A stretch of DNA of 64,000 bases, from NCBI GenBank assembly GCA_958009085.1, contig OY253670.1, positions 1,302,001 to 1,366,000 of the forward strand. The letters run 5' to 3'. Under the pieces are notes generated by a model. The model searched no databases. It saw only the letters and a program-made list of their open reading frames with translations, and had not been told where the DNA came from. Origin of the DNA: Protoeuglena noctilucae (Eukaryota). Shown one piece after another: positions 12,956 to 24,803 of this stretch (positions within the stretch are counted from its first letter, which is position 1; every line of letters starts with the position of its first letter). Both the position numbers and the translations under genes were made by a program.

Positions 12956-15496
12956 TCACCGTTGGAATCCGTCGTACGTGGCAAACAGCGACGTCTGGTT
13001 GATCCGGACCTCCAGGCTGCTGCGCGCCGGGACGGCCGCGGGGTCCTCCTTGCCAGCGCGCAGCGGTTGCGCCTGGGCCGCGGCCGCGGCCCGGCTGGCG
13101 TCGGTGGACATGCGCTTGCTTCGCTTGGCCAGCTCGGCACTCGCGCGCTGGATGGAGGCGCGGAGGCTCCCGGCCTTGAGTCGGCGCTGCGGAGACGAGG
13201 GAAATGGCACAGTCAGCAATCATGGTCGCCTGGCCCGGCTAACTAAGGCAAGCCTGAGGCCTGCCCAATCCTCACCGCTGCCACGAGGTCCGTCAGCTCC
13301 GGGTGCCGCTCCGTGAAGGGCTTCAGCCACTCCGTCTGCAGGAGCAGCTTGGCCTCGGGGCGCGCCTGCGGGTCCGTCTTGAGCATCATCCGCACGAACG
13401 TCACCGCCTCGGGGCTGAAGGCCGTGACGCGCGACAGGGGCTCCCGGACGTCCGCGGGGAGCGTCGCGTCCTCGAGGATGTGGCGCCGGCGCGGGGAGGT
13501 CACGTCCCCGGCCGAGCTGGCGTGCTCCGACACCGACGTGCCCATCTGCGTGCTGGGCCGGGGCTGCCCCGGCCCCGTCGACACGAGCCGCGACCGGCGG
13601 TCCGCCAGGTCCTGGCTCCCCCCGGGCGACCCCGCCTGCAGGCGCAGGAGGATCTCGAGCAGGACCCGGCCCAGCGCCCACACGTCCGCCTTGTGGTCGT
13701 AGGCCGGCAGCGAGTCCTCGTCGATGCCGCGCAGCACGGCCAGCTCAAAGAGCTCCTCGGTGGTGGGCTTGGTGCGCACTTCGGGGGCCATGAACCCCTC
13801 CTGCCCGACGCGGGAGATGGCGGCCTCCTCGTCCCACATGATGGCCATCGACAGGCCCCCGAGCCGCGCCTCGCCCCGGTCGTCAAACAAGACGTGCGCG
13901 GGCGAGATGCGGCGGTGCAGCACGCGGATGCCGTGGAGCATCGTCAGCGCGAGCACGAGGGGCGCGGCGATCTTCTCCACCACGTCCTGCTCCGACTGCA
14001 AGCGCCATGGGCCCGGCACACCGTTCGCTATTCGCCCGGCAGAACCATCGCCGCCACGCCAGCCCCCTGGCGCTAGTCGGGCCTCCCTCCCCGCGCTCGC
14101 CTGAATCTCCAATGCGAGCGACGAACGGTCCCGCTTCTCCTTGTCCCCGGCGGCCCGCTGCAGCTGCAGGACACGTATGGACCGGTGGCTCGTGGTCCTC
14201 TCCCTCGCGCCCGACATGCGGCTCTTCCCCACGTTGAAGGCCTGCTCCAGCGTACCGCCCTCCATGAAGGTGGATACCAGGACAATGCGGTCCGCCGTCT
14301 CCCAGTCGGCGCGGTACTCTGGGAAAAAGCGCGCCCCCGCCAGCATGCGCATGATCTCGATCTCGCGGCGAGACTCGAGCACTTGGAGCGGCGACTGGAT
14401 GTCCTGGAAGCGATGGGAGCCACGGAGAGGGTCGGGGCGAGGGCTGGAGCCAAGGTCGCGCGCACCAAGCTGGCAGCGCGGAGAGGGCACTCAGCGGTGC
14501 GGCGGCGGGGGCGCGAGCGTCTGCGGAGCGCGTCTCCCCGAGCTTACCTTGTGGAACTCCTTTACCATCAGGATTGTCCCCGTCGTCATATCGTACGACT
14601 GGTAGAGCTTCCACGTCGACGCTTTGTGGAACTCCATCCACCGGCCCATGTCCGCCCGGGACAGCGCCCCCTGGGCAGGCACGCGAGGAGAGATCAAACG
14701 TCGCTCCAGCGCGGCGGGCGCGGGCCGGGCGCAGCCCCGGGTCGAGGCGTGAAGCAAGCGTTTGACTGCCCCCTCCCTCCGTGGCCGGCCGCGCGGCCCG
14801 CGGCCCCCGCACCCGCGCTCACCCGATGCAAAATCACCCCCCCGTCCGTCACGCGCGACGGCATCGCTCCGAAGAAGCTCTGCGACGCCAGTCGCGGGTC
14901 CTTTGGCTCGGCCCGGTCCTCTGCGAGGGCGGGGCATTGCGCCGGGCGGTGGGCGGCCCCCTCCACAAACGCCACCGAGGCGTGCGATGACCCCGTCTCC
15001 TGCCGCCCGGGACCTTCAGGGGGCTCCCCCCGGAGGCCTTGGCGGGCCCCATATCTGGCGTGCGGAGCGGCGAGGCGTCCCCGCGACAGTCAGGCCCGCG
15101 AACACTGATCACGATCGAAATTGAGGCGGCAATCTCGCGGCGCGGGGCCGCAGGGTGTGCTCCCGGGCCGACAGCGAGGACCTGGACGCTCCAATGTCTG
15201 CGCGGCGGGCGCGCCGGGGCCGCGGGAGCCCCGAGTCCCGCGCATCGCAGCTGCGACCGTCGACTATTTCGCCGGGCGCCCCGGGCCCGGCCTCCCCCGG
15301 CCCAGCGTCGCTCACCGCCATCATCCTTCGCGCCCGACGACCGGCGCGGGGAGGACACGGGCCTGCGGACGTCGATGGGTCCCCTGCGCACGTTTTCGGT
15401 GTTTAACGGCGCCGCACTCCACTCGTCCTCGCTCGAGCTCTCCTCGGCGCCCTTCTTCCGCCCCCCCTTGCCCCCCAGCAGTCCCCAGAGGGGCAT
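12956..15496 (-). CDS. Ser/Thr protein kinase-fold protein (Aurora/CAMK-like), probable pseudokinase; 5' exon structure uncertain
   Basis: ILMVKE, RREIEIM, FMEGGTL, VLHRRISPAHV, FMAPEV, YDHKADVWALG and DPQARPEA motifs; GC-AG intron 13996-14100. Confidence 0.75.
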
Positions 15497-15825
15497 GGGC
15501 CACCCGGAGCTCCTTTCCGCCGCTTAAGCTAGCGCATCAATCAACAGCGACGCGTTTGGTGCGCTGCGGGGGCCCCGCAGCCTTCAGCGACCGGGGACGG
15601 GCGATGTCGAGGCCGGGACGTCAGATAGCGTGCCGGACGCTCGGGTCGGAGCATAATCTGTGTGCAGTCCGAGCCTGGCGCGCGCGCTTGGCCTCCTGGC
15701 CCCCAGATATTTTGCGCGTCAGACAGCCAGAAACTAGCCCCGGTCGCAGGCGGATCGGACCCGCGCGCCCGCGAGCCCAGGCAATCCTTCGTGCCCGCCG
15801 GCCCTCCGATCCGGCCGAGGTTGCC

Positions 15826-18800
15826 ATGGCCCGCGTATTCAACAGCTTCGACGCCCTGATGGGCGGGGCCGGGCCCGCGCCCGCCCGTTCGGCCAAGAAG
15901 CAGGACTCCAAGCCCAAGGGGGGCGAAGCCCGTGGTCCTGCCCCTTCCGCGCGGCCCGCCCAGCAGGGAACGGCCCAGAAGCAGGGCCCCGTGCTCAGCA
16001 CGGATGCCGCCATGCACCTGGAGTACGCGGCGACGGAGATGAGCTCGGGCGCCGAGCGCCTTCGGCTCTGGAAGGACTGGGCAGGTGGGGGAGCCTTGAA
16101 CGGTCGGGGGGACGCGCGGGGGATCGCACGGGCCTCGATCTCCCTTCGAGCAGCTCAATTGGGATCTGAATCTCCTCGCGCCGTCTCGGGACGGGCCCAA
16201 GGTGCTCCCGCGCGGCGCGCATCGCTCGTCCCCGCCCCCTCCCCTGCAGGCCAGCTCGCCAGCGATGGGAGCGACGCCGTGACCTACCAGGGTCCCGATG
16301 GGTCGCCGGTGACCTTCCGCGAGGTGCTGCTTTCGTGCTCGTGCCTGGAGATCTCCCTGGAGACGGTGCTCACCAGCCCGCTGGACCCAGCGCATGCGCC
16401 TGCCCTGAACGCCCTGCTGGCCGCTCTGGTGAGCCTGGAGTGCGGGATCCCGTGCATGGAACCCGATGTAGCCGCTGGGATCGGCGCTGGTGCTGGAAGC
16501 CGTGCCCAGGACGGGTTCGACCCCAGTCCCCTTCCGCGGACGCAGTTCGACAGCCCAGAGGCCCCCGGCGTCGCCCGGACCCTCACGGATGCAGTGCTGA
16601 CCATGTCTTCCGCTGCTGAGAGCCAGGTGAGCGACCGCCGAGCTTGCGGGCCGAGCAGGCCGAGCAGGCCAGGCTTCGGGAGTCAGCACGCCCGCCTCTC
16701 TTCCGCAGAAGGCGGCCGGCGGCGTCCTGGGCGCTCCCCTTGCGGCCGCCTTGCGCGCCGTCGTCTCCGGCCTCCGCCAGCTCCGCGCCGCGCTGTCCGC
16801 CGCGCCCGCCTCGGGCAAGGCCAAGTCGCGGGGGGCACAGATGGCCGACAACGAGGCGCAGCTGGGCGCGCTGCAGAGCCGCCTGGACGAGCTGACCTCC
16901 AAGCACAGCACGCTGCCCGCCAAGACGGTCGTTCGCGAGCAGCTGCGCTTCTCCGCGGACGCCGCCAAGCTCATGAGCGCGCAGCTGCAGCTCGCGTCTG
17001 ACGCGCCCATGCTGCCCGAGGCCGTGCGCGTGCAGCTTGAGGTGCACGGCCCGGAGGCCCTCGCGGCCCTGCGCCGCGCCCTGGACGCCCTGGCTCGCGC
17101 CGCCCAGGGAGCGGGGCAGGCCAACGGGCACGGGGGCAAGGGCGCAGGGACGTCCGTGGCGCAGGGGCTGGCGGCCGAGGACGCGCAGCTGCAGGGGCAG
17201 GAGGAGTCCATCCAGGTGGGGCTGGGGAAGCGGACTTGTGGGAACTTTTTGCCGCGCGCCGTCACATGGACCTGCACGCTGCCTGGCCTTGGCATGGCTT
17301 GACGCCGTGGCGATGGTTGCGCCCGCAGGCTCAGATGCGGGCGCTGGAGGCGCAGATGCGGACGCTCCAGGCTCGCCTGGACGCCACGCGCCGCCGGAGG
17401 GCGGAGATCGCGTCCATGTCGGCGCCGGGGGCCAAGGGCGCAGCCAGCGCCGAGGGTCCCGCGGCGGCGCAGCAGCGCACCCGCGCCGCGCAGATGGCGG
17501 TGGAGGGGCAGATGAAGGCGCTGGCCGCTTTGGAGCAGGCCCTGGGCAGCGGCGCCAGGTACGCGCAGGCAGGCGGCTCACAGCCAAGCCGTGGCTCGTC
17601 TCTGCGGCCCTTCGACACTCTCGCTCGCTCGCTCGCCTGCAGCTCGCTGGCCGGGTCGGCCTCGGCCGCCGGCCGCGCCCGCGCCCCCACGTCCGTCACG
17701 CCCGCGGCGTTTGCGCGCGCCGTGCACGTCCACCTTGCGTGCCGCCACAAGCAGCTTGCCGAGATCCGCGCCAATTTGGGCGACAACGCCGCGCGCCTGC
17801 GGAGCGCCAAGGACAACCTGGTGAGGCGGCTCGCGTTATCGCCCGAGATGATCACGCTTGTGGTCTGCGCGCGCCTGAATGGGCGCGGGCCGCGTCTGTC
17901 CCCCGTGCTTGCCACGTTGAGCCACTGCGAGGTGTGAGGGTGCTGATCGCCGCAGATGCGCTTCGAGCGCGAGGTGGCGAGCGGCGCCGCGACGGCGGAC
18001 AACGTGGACAAGCAGACCAAGCTCGTGGCCGACCTGGAGGGGCGCCTGCAGAGCCTGGCCGACGCCGCGCGCGAGGCCGCCCGGGGGGCGCGCTCCACCT
18101 TCGCGTGCCTGGAGGCGGCGCTGCCCGCGCTGGCGGCCATGCCGGGGTCGGGCGTGAACATCGTTGCCGAGGCGGCCACCGCCCGCGCCCAGGTCGAGGC
18201 GGCCGAGGCGGAGGCGGGGGCCCTCGCCCGTGCCGCCCAGGACGCGCAGGCGGGCGTGGGCATGGCTGCGGCAGCGGCGGCAGCCAACGAGGCGTCGAGC
18301 AGGCGAGTGCCGCTGGCGTTGCGCTCAGTGGTCTCGGCGCCCTGACTCGCCGGTCCTCAGGCGCCGCATACTAAGCCCGCCGTCAGCCTCCATCGCTGAC
18401 ATCGACCCGCTTTTGGCCCGCTCCCAGGGAGAAGCAGCTGGAGCAAAAGCTGGCGATGCTGGAGGCGCAGCTGCGGCAGCAGAGCACCGAGGCGGCGGCG
18501 GCAGAGGGGGAGGCGGTGGGGGATGGGTTCCAGGAGGTGGGGGGCAGGGGGCGTGGCCGGGGGCGGGGGAGGGGGCGCGAGGGCAGGGGTGGCCGCGGAG
18601 GACGCGGACCCGCAGCGTCGGCCAAGGCGTCGTCCGCGGCCGCGGAGCCCGCTGCGAAGGTGCCCGTTGCTGCGCCCGCTGCCACGCCCGCCCCGGCACC
18701 CGCTGCCCCTGCCGCGGCGGCCCCGGCGCCTGCCGCGGCCCCGAAGGCGAACCCTTGGGGCCGCGTGCCGTCCAGCGCCGGGCCCGCGCCTGCGGACAGC

Positions 18801-18845
18801 AGCGAGCCCACGCTTGCCGACGCGCTCAAGAAGGGGCGCCGGTGA
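15826..18845 (+). CDS. Ala-rich coiled-coil protein with a C-terminal RG/RGG tract, possibly RNA-binding; 8 exons
   Basis: MARVFNSFDAL... joined through 6 GT-AG introns and 1 GC-AG intron (18303-18427); ends GDGFQEVGGRGRGRGRG...KANPWG...PTLADALKKGRR*. Confidence 0.65.
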
Positions 18846-19117
18846 CGTGGGTCGCCGTGGGAGCGACGGGGAGAGGGGATGGGCGGTTGCGGAACGAATG
18901 AGGGTGGAGCTTTGCATGCCGCGGAGGGGCCTTTACAGCGCAGTTGGCGGGCCAAAGGGAATGCAATAGTATAGTCTGCCGCGACACCGCGACGATCGAT
19001 TGGAGCATCTGTCAAGCATATCTCATGATGTCCGTGCCGTTCGCGACACTCCATGGGGCCCGTTGAAGTAGCTGAATGCACGTTTTAACTGCGGCACGAT
19101 GCCTTTTCTACCCGGCG

Positions 19118-20700
19118 TTAGCCGCCTCCCGCACCCGCCTCGCCATTGCCCCTCCCTTTCGGCGCCTCTCCCGGCTCCTCGAGCTTGGCCAGGTCGGTCA
19201 GAGACACCGTGGCACTTCCCCGTTTCGCGGCTCTAGGCTGGTCCTTGTGTGGCGCCCACCCCGACAGGTACATGACGCTGACCGTGGCTGGGACCTTGCG
19301 AGATGGGGCGGGACCCGGCCCGTCCTTCCCAAACATGGCCTCGTAGACAGCCGCTGCCGCCAGGAACGTCTCCAGACGCTGAGAGGGAAACGGGGGCCGC
19401 GCTGATGCGAATGAGCATTGGGCGGGTGCGGGCACACCATCCGGCTCAGTTTGTGGCCCGCTCACCAGCGGTGGCGGCCGGCTGGCCACGGCGTTGCTCT
19501 CCCCAAGGGCCCGCAAGTGCCGCACCAGCGCCGTCGCGTCCTCGTACATCACCTCCACCTCATCGACGTCCACCGTCGGGAGGGCAAACCCGGCACGCTC
19601 CAGCAGATTTCCACCGTCGCGCACTGGGAGGGCCGGGACGCGAGCGGGGATGAAGACGCAGGCGATGACTCGATGGCACGGAGCGTGCGGCCATCTCAAG
19701 TCCTGCCACGGCCCCAAGCGTTCACCCGACGCCTCGTCTGCGCTCACCCCGGGCCATGGGCGACACGCGCGCACTGACGCCCCCGCGCCGCTCCATCTCC
19801 GCCACGCTCAGCGCAATCCGCATCTCCTGCAGGGTCTCCCCGCCCACCATGGCGGCCAGGAACATGCCGTCTGGCCGAAGCACGCGACGGCACTCGGCCA
19901 GCGCCCGGGGCAGGTCGTTCACCCAGTGGAGCCCCAGCGGCGCCAGGACAACGTCCACCGTCCCGCTCTCCAGCGGCACGCGCTCCTCGTCCGCCAGCAG
20001 GAACTCGAACTCCATGCCTTCCCCCGGGCCCGTGCGGAGCGCATGCGTCGCCTTGGCCCAACGCTTGAGCATGCCCTGCAAGTGCTCCCACACAGGAGGA
20101 GGAGTCGGCACGGCATGAACGCGCTGCTGCGTCAGTCGCTTGGGACAGCTCAGATCATGGAAGGCCGCCTGTGCGCCACGTGCGGGCCACCTGAGACGCA
20201 TCGAGGAGGTAGACCTTCTTGATTTGGGCCCGGGAGGCCGGGAGGCGGGGTAGAACATGTTCCGCTGCTCCTCCGAGCACAAGGCACGTCGGGAACTCGC
20301 GGACGGTGTCCTGGAGGCGATCCGCCAGGCGTTCCTGCAGGGGCGCCATGATTCGGCGTCTCCACGGTTCAGCGACGCGCGCCCGCTGCCCCTCCGTCAC
20401 ATCTTCGCAATATCAACGGCTTGCTTGCGCCATCACCGCTATCTGACGCTGCAGGGCGTCGCCACCGGGTCCAAGGAGACGCGCGGCACGGTCACGATGC
20501 GCAGCTTTCAACTCCCGATCGAAGACGTTCATCGTCCCTGCGGCGCCCGCGTAACTCCGAGCTGGCGCGCTCTCTGCCAAGCGAACGTGCGCGCCGAGCC
20601 AGCTGACGTCCGGCCACGCTGCGGCGTGCGGGCAGAAGTGCCCAGGCAGCCACGGCAGCGAGCGAAGTCGCCGCGCGGCGCGCCAGGATGCAACAGTCAT
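19118..20700 (-). CDS. NDUFAF5: Mitochondrial complex I assembly factor, SAM-dependent methyltransferase-fold arginine hydroxylase
   Basis: MNVFDRELKAAHRDRAA, ADEERVP, LHWVNDLP, LRPDG, GGETLQEMR, RRGGVSARVSP, AGFALPTVD, LRALGESNA, AKRGSA. Four GT-AG introns. Confidence 0.9.
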
Positions 20701-21269
20701 GATGTCTGTGGCAGCATACGAGGTGCGGCTGGGATCGCCCAAACTATCACAAATGCTGGGAGCAAAAGTGTGCCGGGGCTATCGCTAAGGCACCCGGTCG
20801 ATGATATCGCCAGGCTAGCCCAGCCTGAGGACGCGAGAAAATGTGGCACGTGGAGGAGAATCCCAGGACGTGTCCCGCTGCTCGGCAACTCGGGTGCCAG
20901 ACCCTGCCTTGCTTCAAGCTTGAGGCAGTGCGCGCCAGAACCGACCCTCCAGCCGCGCGCTGCCATCAGCCAGGCACACTCCGCCCTACGGTTGCGGCCG
21001 CCCCCAGCACTCTCTGCTGGGACCTAGCGAAAAGGTGGCTGGGGGGCACCGTACCAACGCAGCCGGCACGAGAACTTTTCGGCCGACCGGAGCTTCCCGC
21101 GAGGTCCCCCGCCGCGGTACTAGTCCGGCCTAGCAGATGGGCGCGGCCGCCGCCCCGCACCCTCCCCACGCCCCCCGCACGACACGCATGCACCCGGGGG
21201 ACGTGGGGGACGAGCGCAGAGCCCGCAGAGCATCCAGGGACGCTTCCACCCGCCCGATTCCAGGGCCGC

Positions 21270-22772
21270 TTAGGCCGAGGTGAGGGCGACCAGCTTCTCC
21301 TTGAGGGCCTGCTTGCGCTGCTCGTACGTGAGCTTGGGCTGCAAGGGGGAGCAGGAGGGAGAAGCTCAGCGTCCCCAGCTGCCGCCAGGTCCCAGAAAGC
21401 CACCGGGCTCGCCGCATCCAACAAAGCGCGGAGACGCATGCGCGGGAACACGGCGTGTGGGCCCACCACCTGCCACGGACCCTGGTGAAGGCTCTCGCCC
21501 CATCGCCCTCTCCACTCGCCTGCAGCCACTTCTTCTTCTCGGCCGGGGCCTTGCGCGGGGCCTTGTGCACGCCCGGGTCCTTGCGGATGGCGGCGTGCAC
21601 CTTCTTGAGCGTCGCCTCGAGGTTCTCCGCGTTGAGGCCGGCCTTGATGAACTGGCTGAAGTGGGCCTTGTACTTCTCCGGGTTCTCCTCCTGCATCATC
21701 TCTGCGGGAGCGAGGCGGGGCAAGCCGGGTGGCACCGCACCCCAGGGGCGTTGCGCGTCCGCCCCGCCTCGCGCTTGCCCTCGTGGCACCCCTCACCCAT
21801 GTACTCGGCGACGTGCCCTCCCAGGATGTACTTCTTGAGCGTCTCGGTGTCGAGCGACTTGCCGTCCTTGCTGTAGCCCACGTAGCGCTTCTCCGAGTGG
21901 GGGATGTCCAGGCCGCCGTCCAGGGCGCCCTTCATGACGGCGAACACCTTGGAGCCCGTCGAGGTGCGCTTGAGGCCCGTGTCCAGCACGCAGTGGAAGG
22001 GGCGCGGGGCGTCGTCCGCCTCCTCGACTTGGTAGTCCTCGCCCGTGGCCTCCTCCACGCCCTTGTACGTGTCGGCCAGGTTGTACTTGGCCAGCACGCG
22101 GCGGGCCACGAGCAGGCCCACGCAGTAGGCAGCCGCGTAGTTAGTCAGGCCGGCCTTGAGGCCGTAGCGGGGGAGCTCGTGCGCGTAGGCGGAGGTGACC
22201 ACCTGGGGAGGCAGGACCACGGGCCGTAGAGTGTGGGTCGCGGCGGGGCCCCGCTGGCCCCACTGGCGGCGCGGAGACCGGCGCGGCACGGACCTCATCG
22301 CCGGCGATGGTGGCCTTGACGATCTGGGCGATCACGTCCGAGTTGGTGAAGCGGACGACCAGGCGGTGCTTGGGCGTGTTGTACTTGTTCTTGTCCTGGA
22401 CGCACAGCCGCAGGCGCGCCCTGCGGACGTGAGGAGACGGAAAGCCGTCGATACGGCGCACCCGCGCAGGCGGAGGCTGTCCCCCGGCGCCCCGACGGCC
22501 CTTCAGGGCAGGAGGTCGGCTCCGGCTCCCCCCGGCCTCGCTGGAACCCCGGGCAGCGGCAGCCTTGGCAGCCAGCCGCAGGAAATCCCGCGAGAAGCAG
22601 CGGGGGGGACCGGAGCGCTGCTGTCGCCCCCCACGCGACGCATCGACCCGCAGAAGCGCCGGCGGCGACCCGCCCCTCGCCTGTAGTCCGTCTTGCCGAG
22701 CCTCCGCCTCCGGTACTTGACCTGGTACCGCGAGAAGTACGCGGAGGTCTTGATGGTCTTCACGTACGCCAT
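21270..22772 (-). CDS. RPL5: 60S ribosomal protein L5 (uL18); 5 exons
   Basis: [64 protein letters not shown]. Introns 1 (22421-22680) and 4 (21339-21519) are GC-AG. Confidence 0.97.
22421..22680 (-). other. GC-AG first intron of RPL5
   Basis: TACAG|GCGAGG...CCGCAG|GGCG restores the conserved KTDYRARLRL. Confidence 0.93.
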
Positions 22773-23251
22773 CCCGACCCCAGCGAGCCCCGACCCCGAC
22801 GACGCCGGTGTGTGTAGGACACGAGTGCGGTGTCCTAATGGGAAAGGGCGGGCTGGGGGCCGGGGAGGCGCGGAAGACGGCGAGCGCCGTGAAACCAAGA
22901 AAACTGGCGTCAGATTGACGTGTCGATCCCCGGCTGGTCCTCGCGACCCCGCGCGATGCCCGATGCCACTCCCGTGACGATTCCAAGCGCGTGCGGTCGA
23001 TGTTGTAGTGAATCAGTGGGAGGCCTGTCCGTACCCTACCCTGCATGTCCACGCCTGCGCCGCGCAGCCAGCTCGCGCTCGGTAAGCTCCAAGCCCCTTC
23101 CAGCTCATTGTAGCGCTATTCTCGTTGCTGCCATCTACTCAGCTACTCCTCCGACTGCAAGCCTGCACCTCGCGCGCGGGCCCAGCACCGGCGCCTCCTG
23201 TCGCGTCCTGCGCGCCCGCTGGGCTGACTGGCTGGGCCGGGGTCGGTGCAG

Positions 23252-24719
23252 ATGACGCGGGACCTTGATGCGAGTTACCTGACACGGGGACGCGTGCCCC
23301 CGGCGGAGCCCATCTCCGAGGCGAGTGCGCACAGGCCGGCGAGGCCAGCACTCCGCTTGCTCGCGCTCGCTCGTCGCCGCGTGCCCACTCTTCGAATCCG
23401 AAACGTGCGCAGTACGTGCGAGAGTATACTCCGAAGAAATCTCACGGCAGGGCCGCCCTCCCGGACTGGGTGCTGCGCTCCCAGTACCAGCCCCTCGTGG
23501 CGTCCTCGGACTTCCGCACCACGAGCCGCACCGACTTCCCTGCCCACCCGGGAGCTCGTCCCCGGGACAAGTGAGTGGCGAGGCTTCCACAGGCTTAGAT
23601 GATATTTCACGTCGGTTGGGGTCACCGTAACCGAACCTGAAGCCCGCGCCTGCAGGAGCCGATGGGCCTACCGCGGGCGCACTGTTTTCCCGGACCGGCC
23701 CGCTGAGAAGGACAGCGAGTACCGAAAGTCTTTCCAGGCGAGCAATGCGGCGCCGGCGTTCTGCGGCGCCTGGGCCACTCATGCAAACGAGACGCTCAAC
23801 ACAACGCCCAGCCGCTCGTGTGCAGGGGCGCCCTGCCCCGCCGTCGGACGGCAGGGTCGGCAACGTGAACCAAGCGCGTGCGTGGATGACGGGCGAGCCG
23901 ACACCCTACGGCTTTCCGGACGGGGACGAGCCGCGCAGCCTGTACACACAGGACTTTGCAGCACACCCGGACCACAGGCGAGTGGGGGAGTATCGGCTTG
24001 GCCGTCGTGTGAATGGACGAGCTGTGCGTAACCGACCGTCGACGGCTGGCCCGCAGGCCCCCTGCGCCCGTGCGGTACGCGAAGCCCAATAAGCTGGACA
24101 AGCCCTTCGAGGCCACGTCGCTTTACGCGGACAGTTTCCGGCCCATCGATTCGTCTTTCGTGCCCGAGAAGCGCCAGCGGAGGCGCAACGGGTGAGCGCG
24201 GTTCCGACAGCATGGGGGTGAGGCCACGCCACACCCTGCCACACACTCCACCACGCAAGCTCGCCGCGTTGCGCCCTGCAGGATTGACATCTTCGCCTCG
24301 AAGCTGCAAAGCCAGACGACGTACTGGAACATGAGCAAAGAGAACAAGCTGCTGGGCTTCCACCAGCGTGGCTGGGGCAGCATGGACGTCCCCGGGCACC
24401 CGCAGCCGGACGAGACGGGCCACGTGCCGCTCATCGTGGGCACGGCGGTGCCGCCGGAGGACCGCCTCGAATTCATCGCCACTCTCCGGTGACCGCGCCA
24501 ATGGCGACTCGTCCGCATTTCTCTCCAATGGATTGGACCCTGAGGCTGGTGGTGCGACGCCCACCGCCGATGCATGCTCACAGGAAGGGCAGCGGGCAAG
24601 GGCTACTCGAGGCAGGGAAGGGCTTCCACGGCGAGTCGACGTACCGGAGCGCACACAGCCAGCCCGAGCTCATCCGGCAAGCCATGACGTGGAACAAGCG
24701 GGCGGAGGTGCACCGGTGA
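23252..24719 (+). CDS. SAXO/MAP6-type Mn-motif repeat protein (candidate ciliary microtubule inner protein); at least 7 exons, start uncertain
   Basis: Spliced product has about 7 [ST]-x-[YS]-x3-[FY]-like motifs (SEYVREY, TTSRTDF, SEYRKSF, SLYTQDF, SLYADSF, TTYWNMS, STYRSAH). Needs GC-AG introns 23321-23412, 23738-23825 and 23978-24056. Confidence 0.6.
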
Positions 24720-24803
24720 CGCCAGTCGACGGCTCGACTGCCCTCGGAGCCACGCAAGAGTATCAATCACTGTTCGCGGACGACACGCAGCTAGCCCAGC
24801 GCC

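Noticed and set aside
19020..19080. ATGATGT...CTGA in the convergent intergenic gap
   Set aside because: Imperfect C box, only about 50 nt long, no convincing terminal stem.
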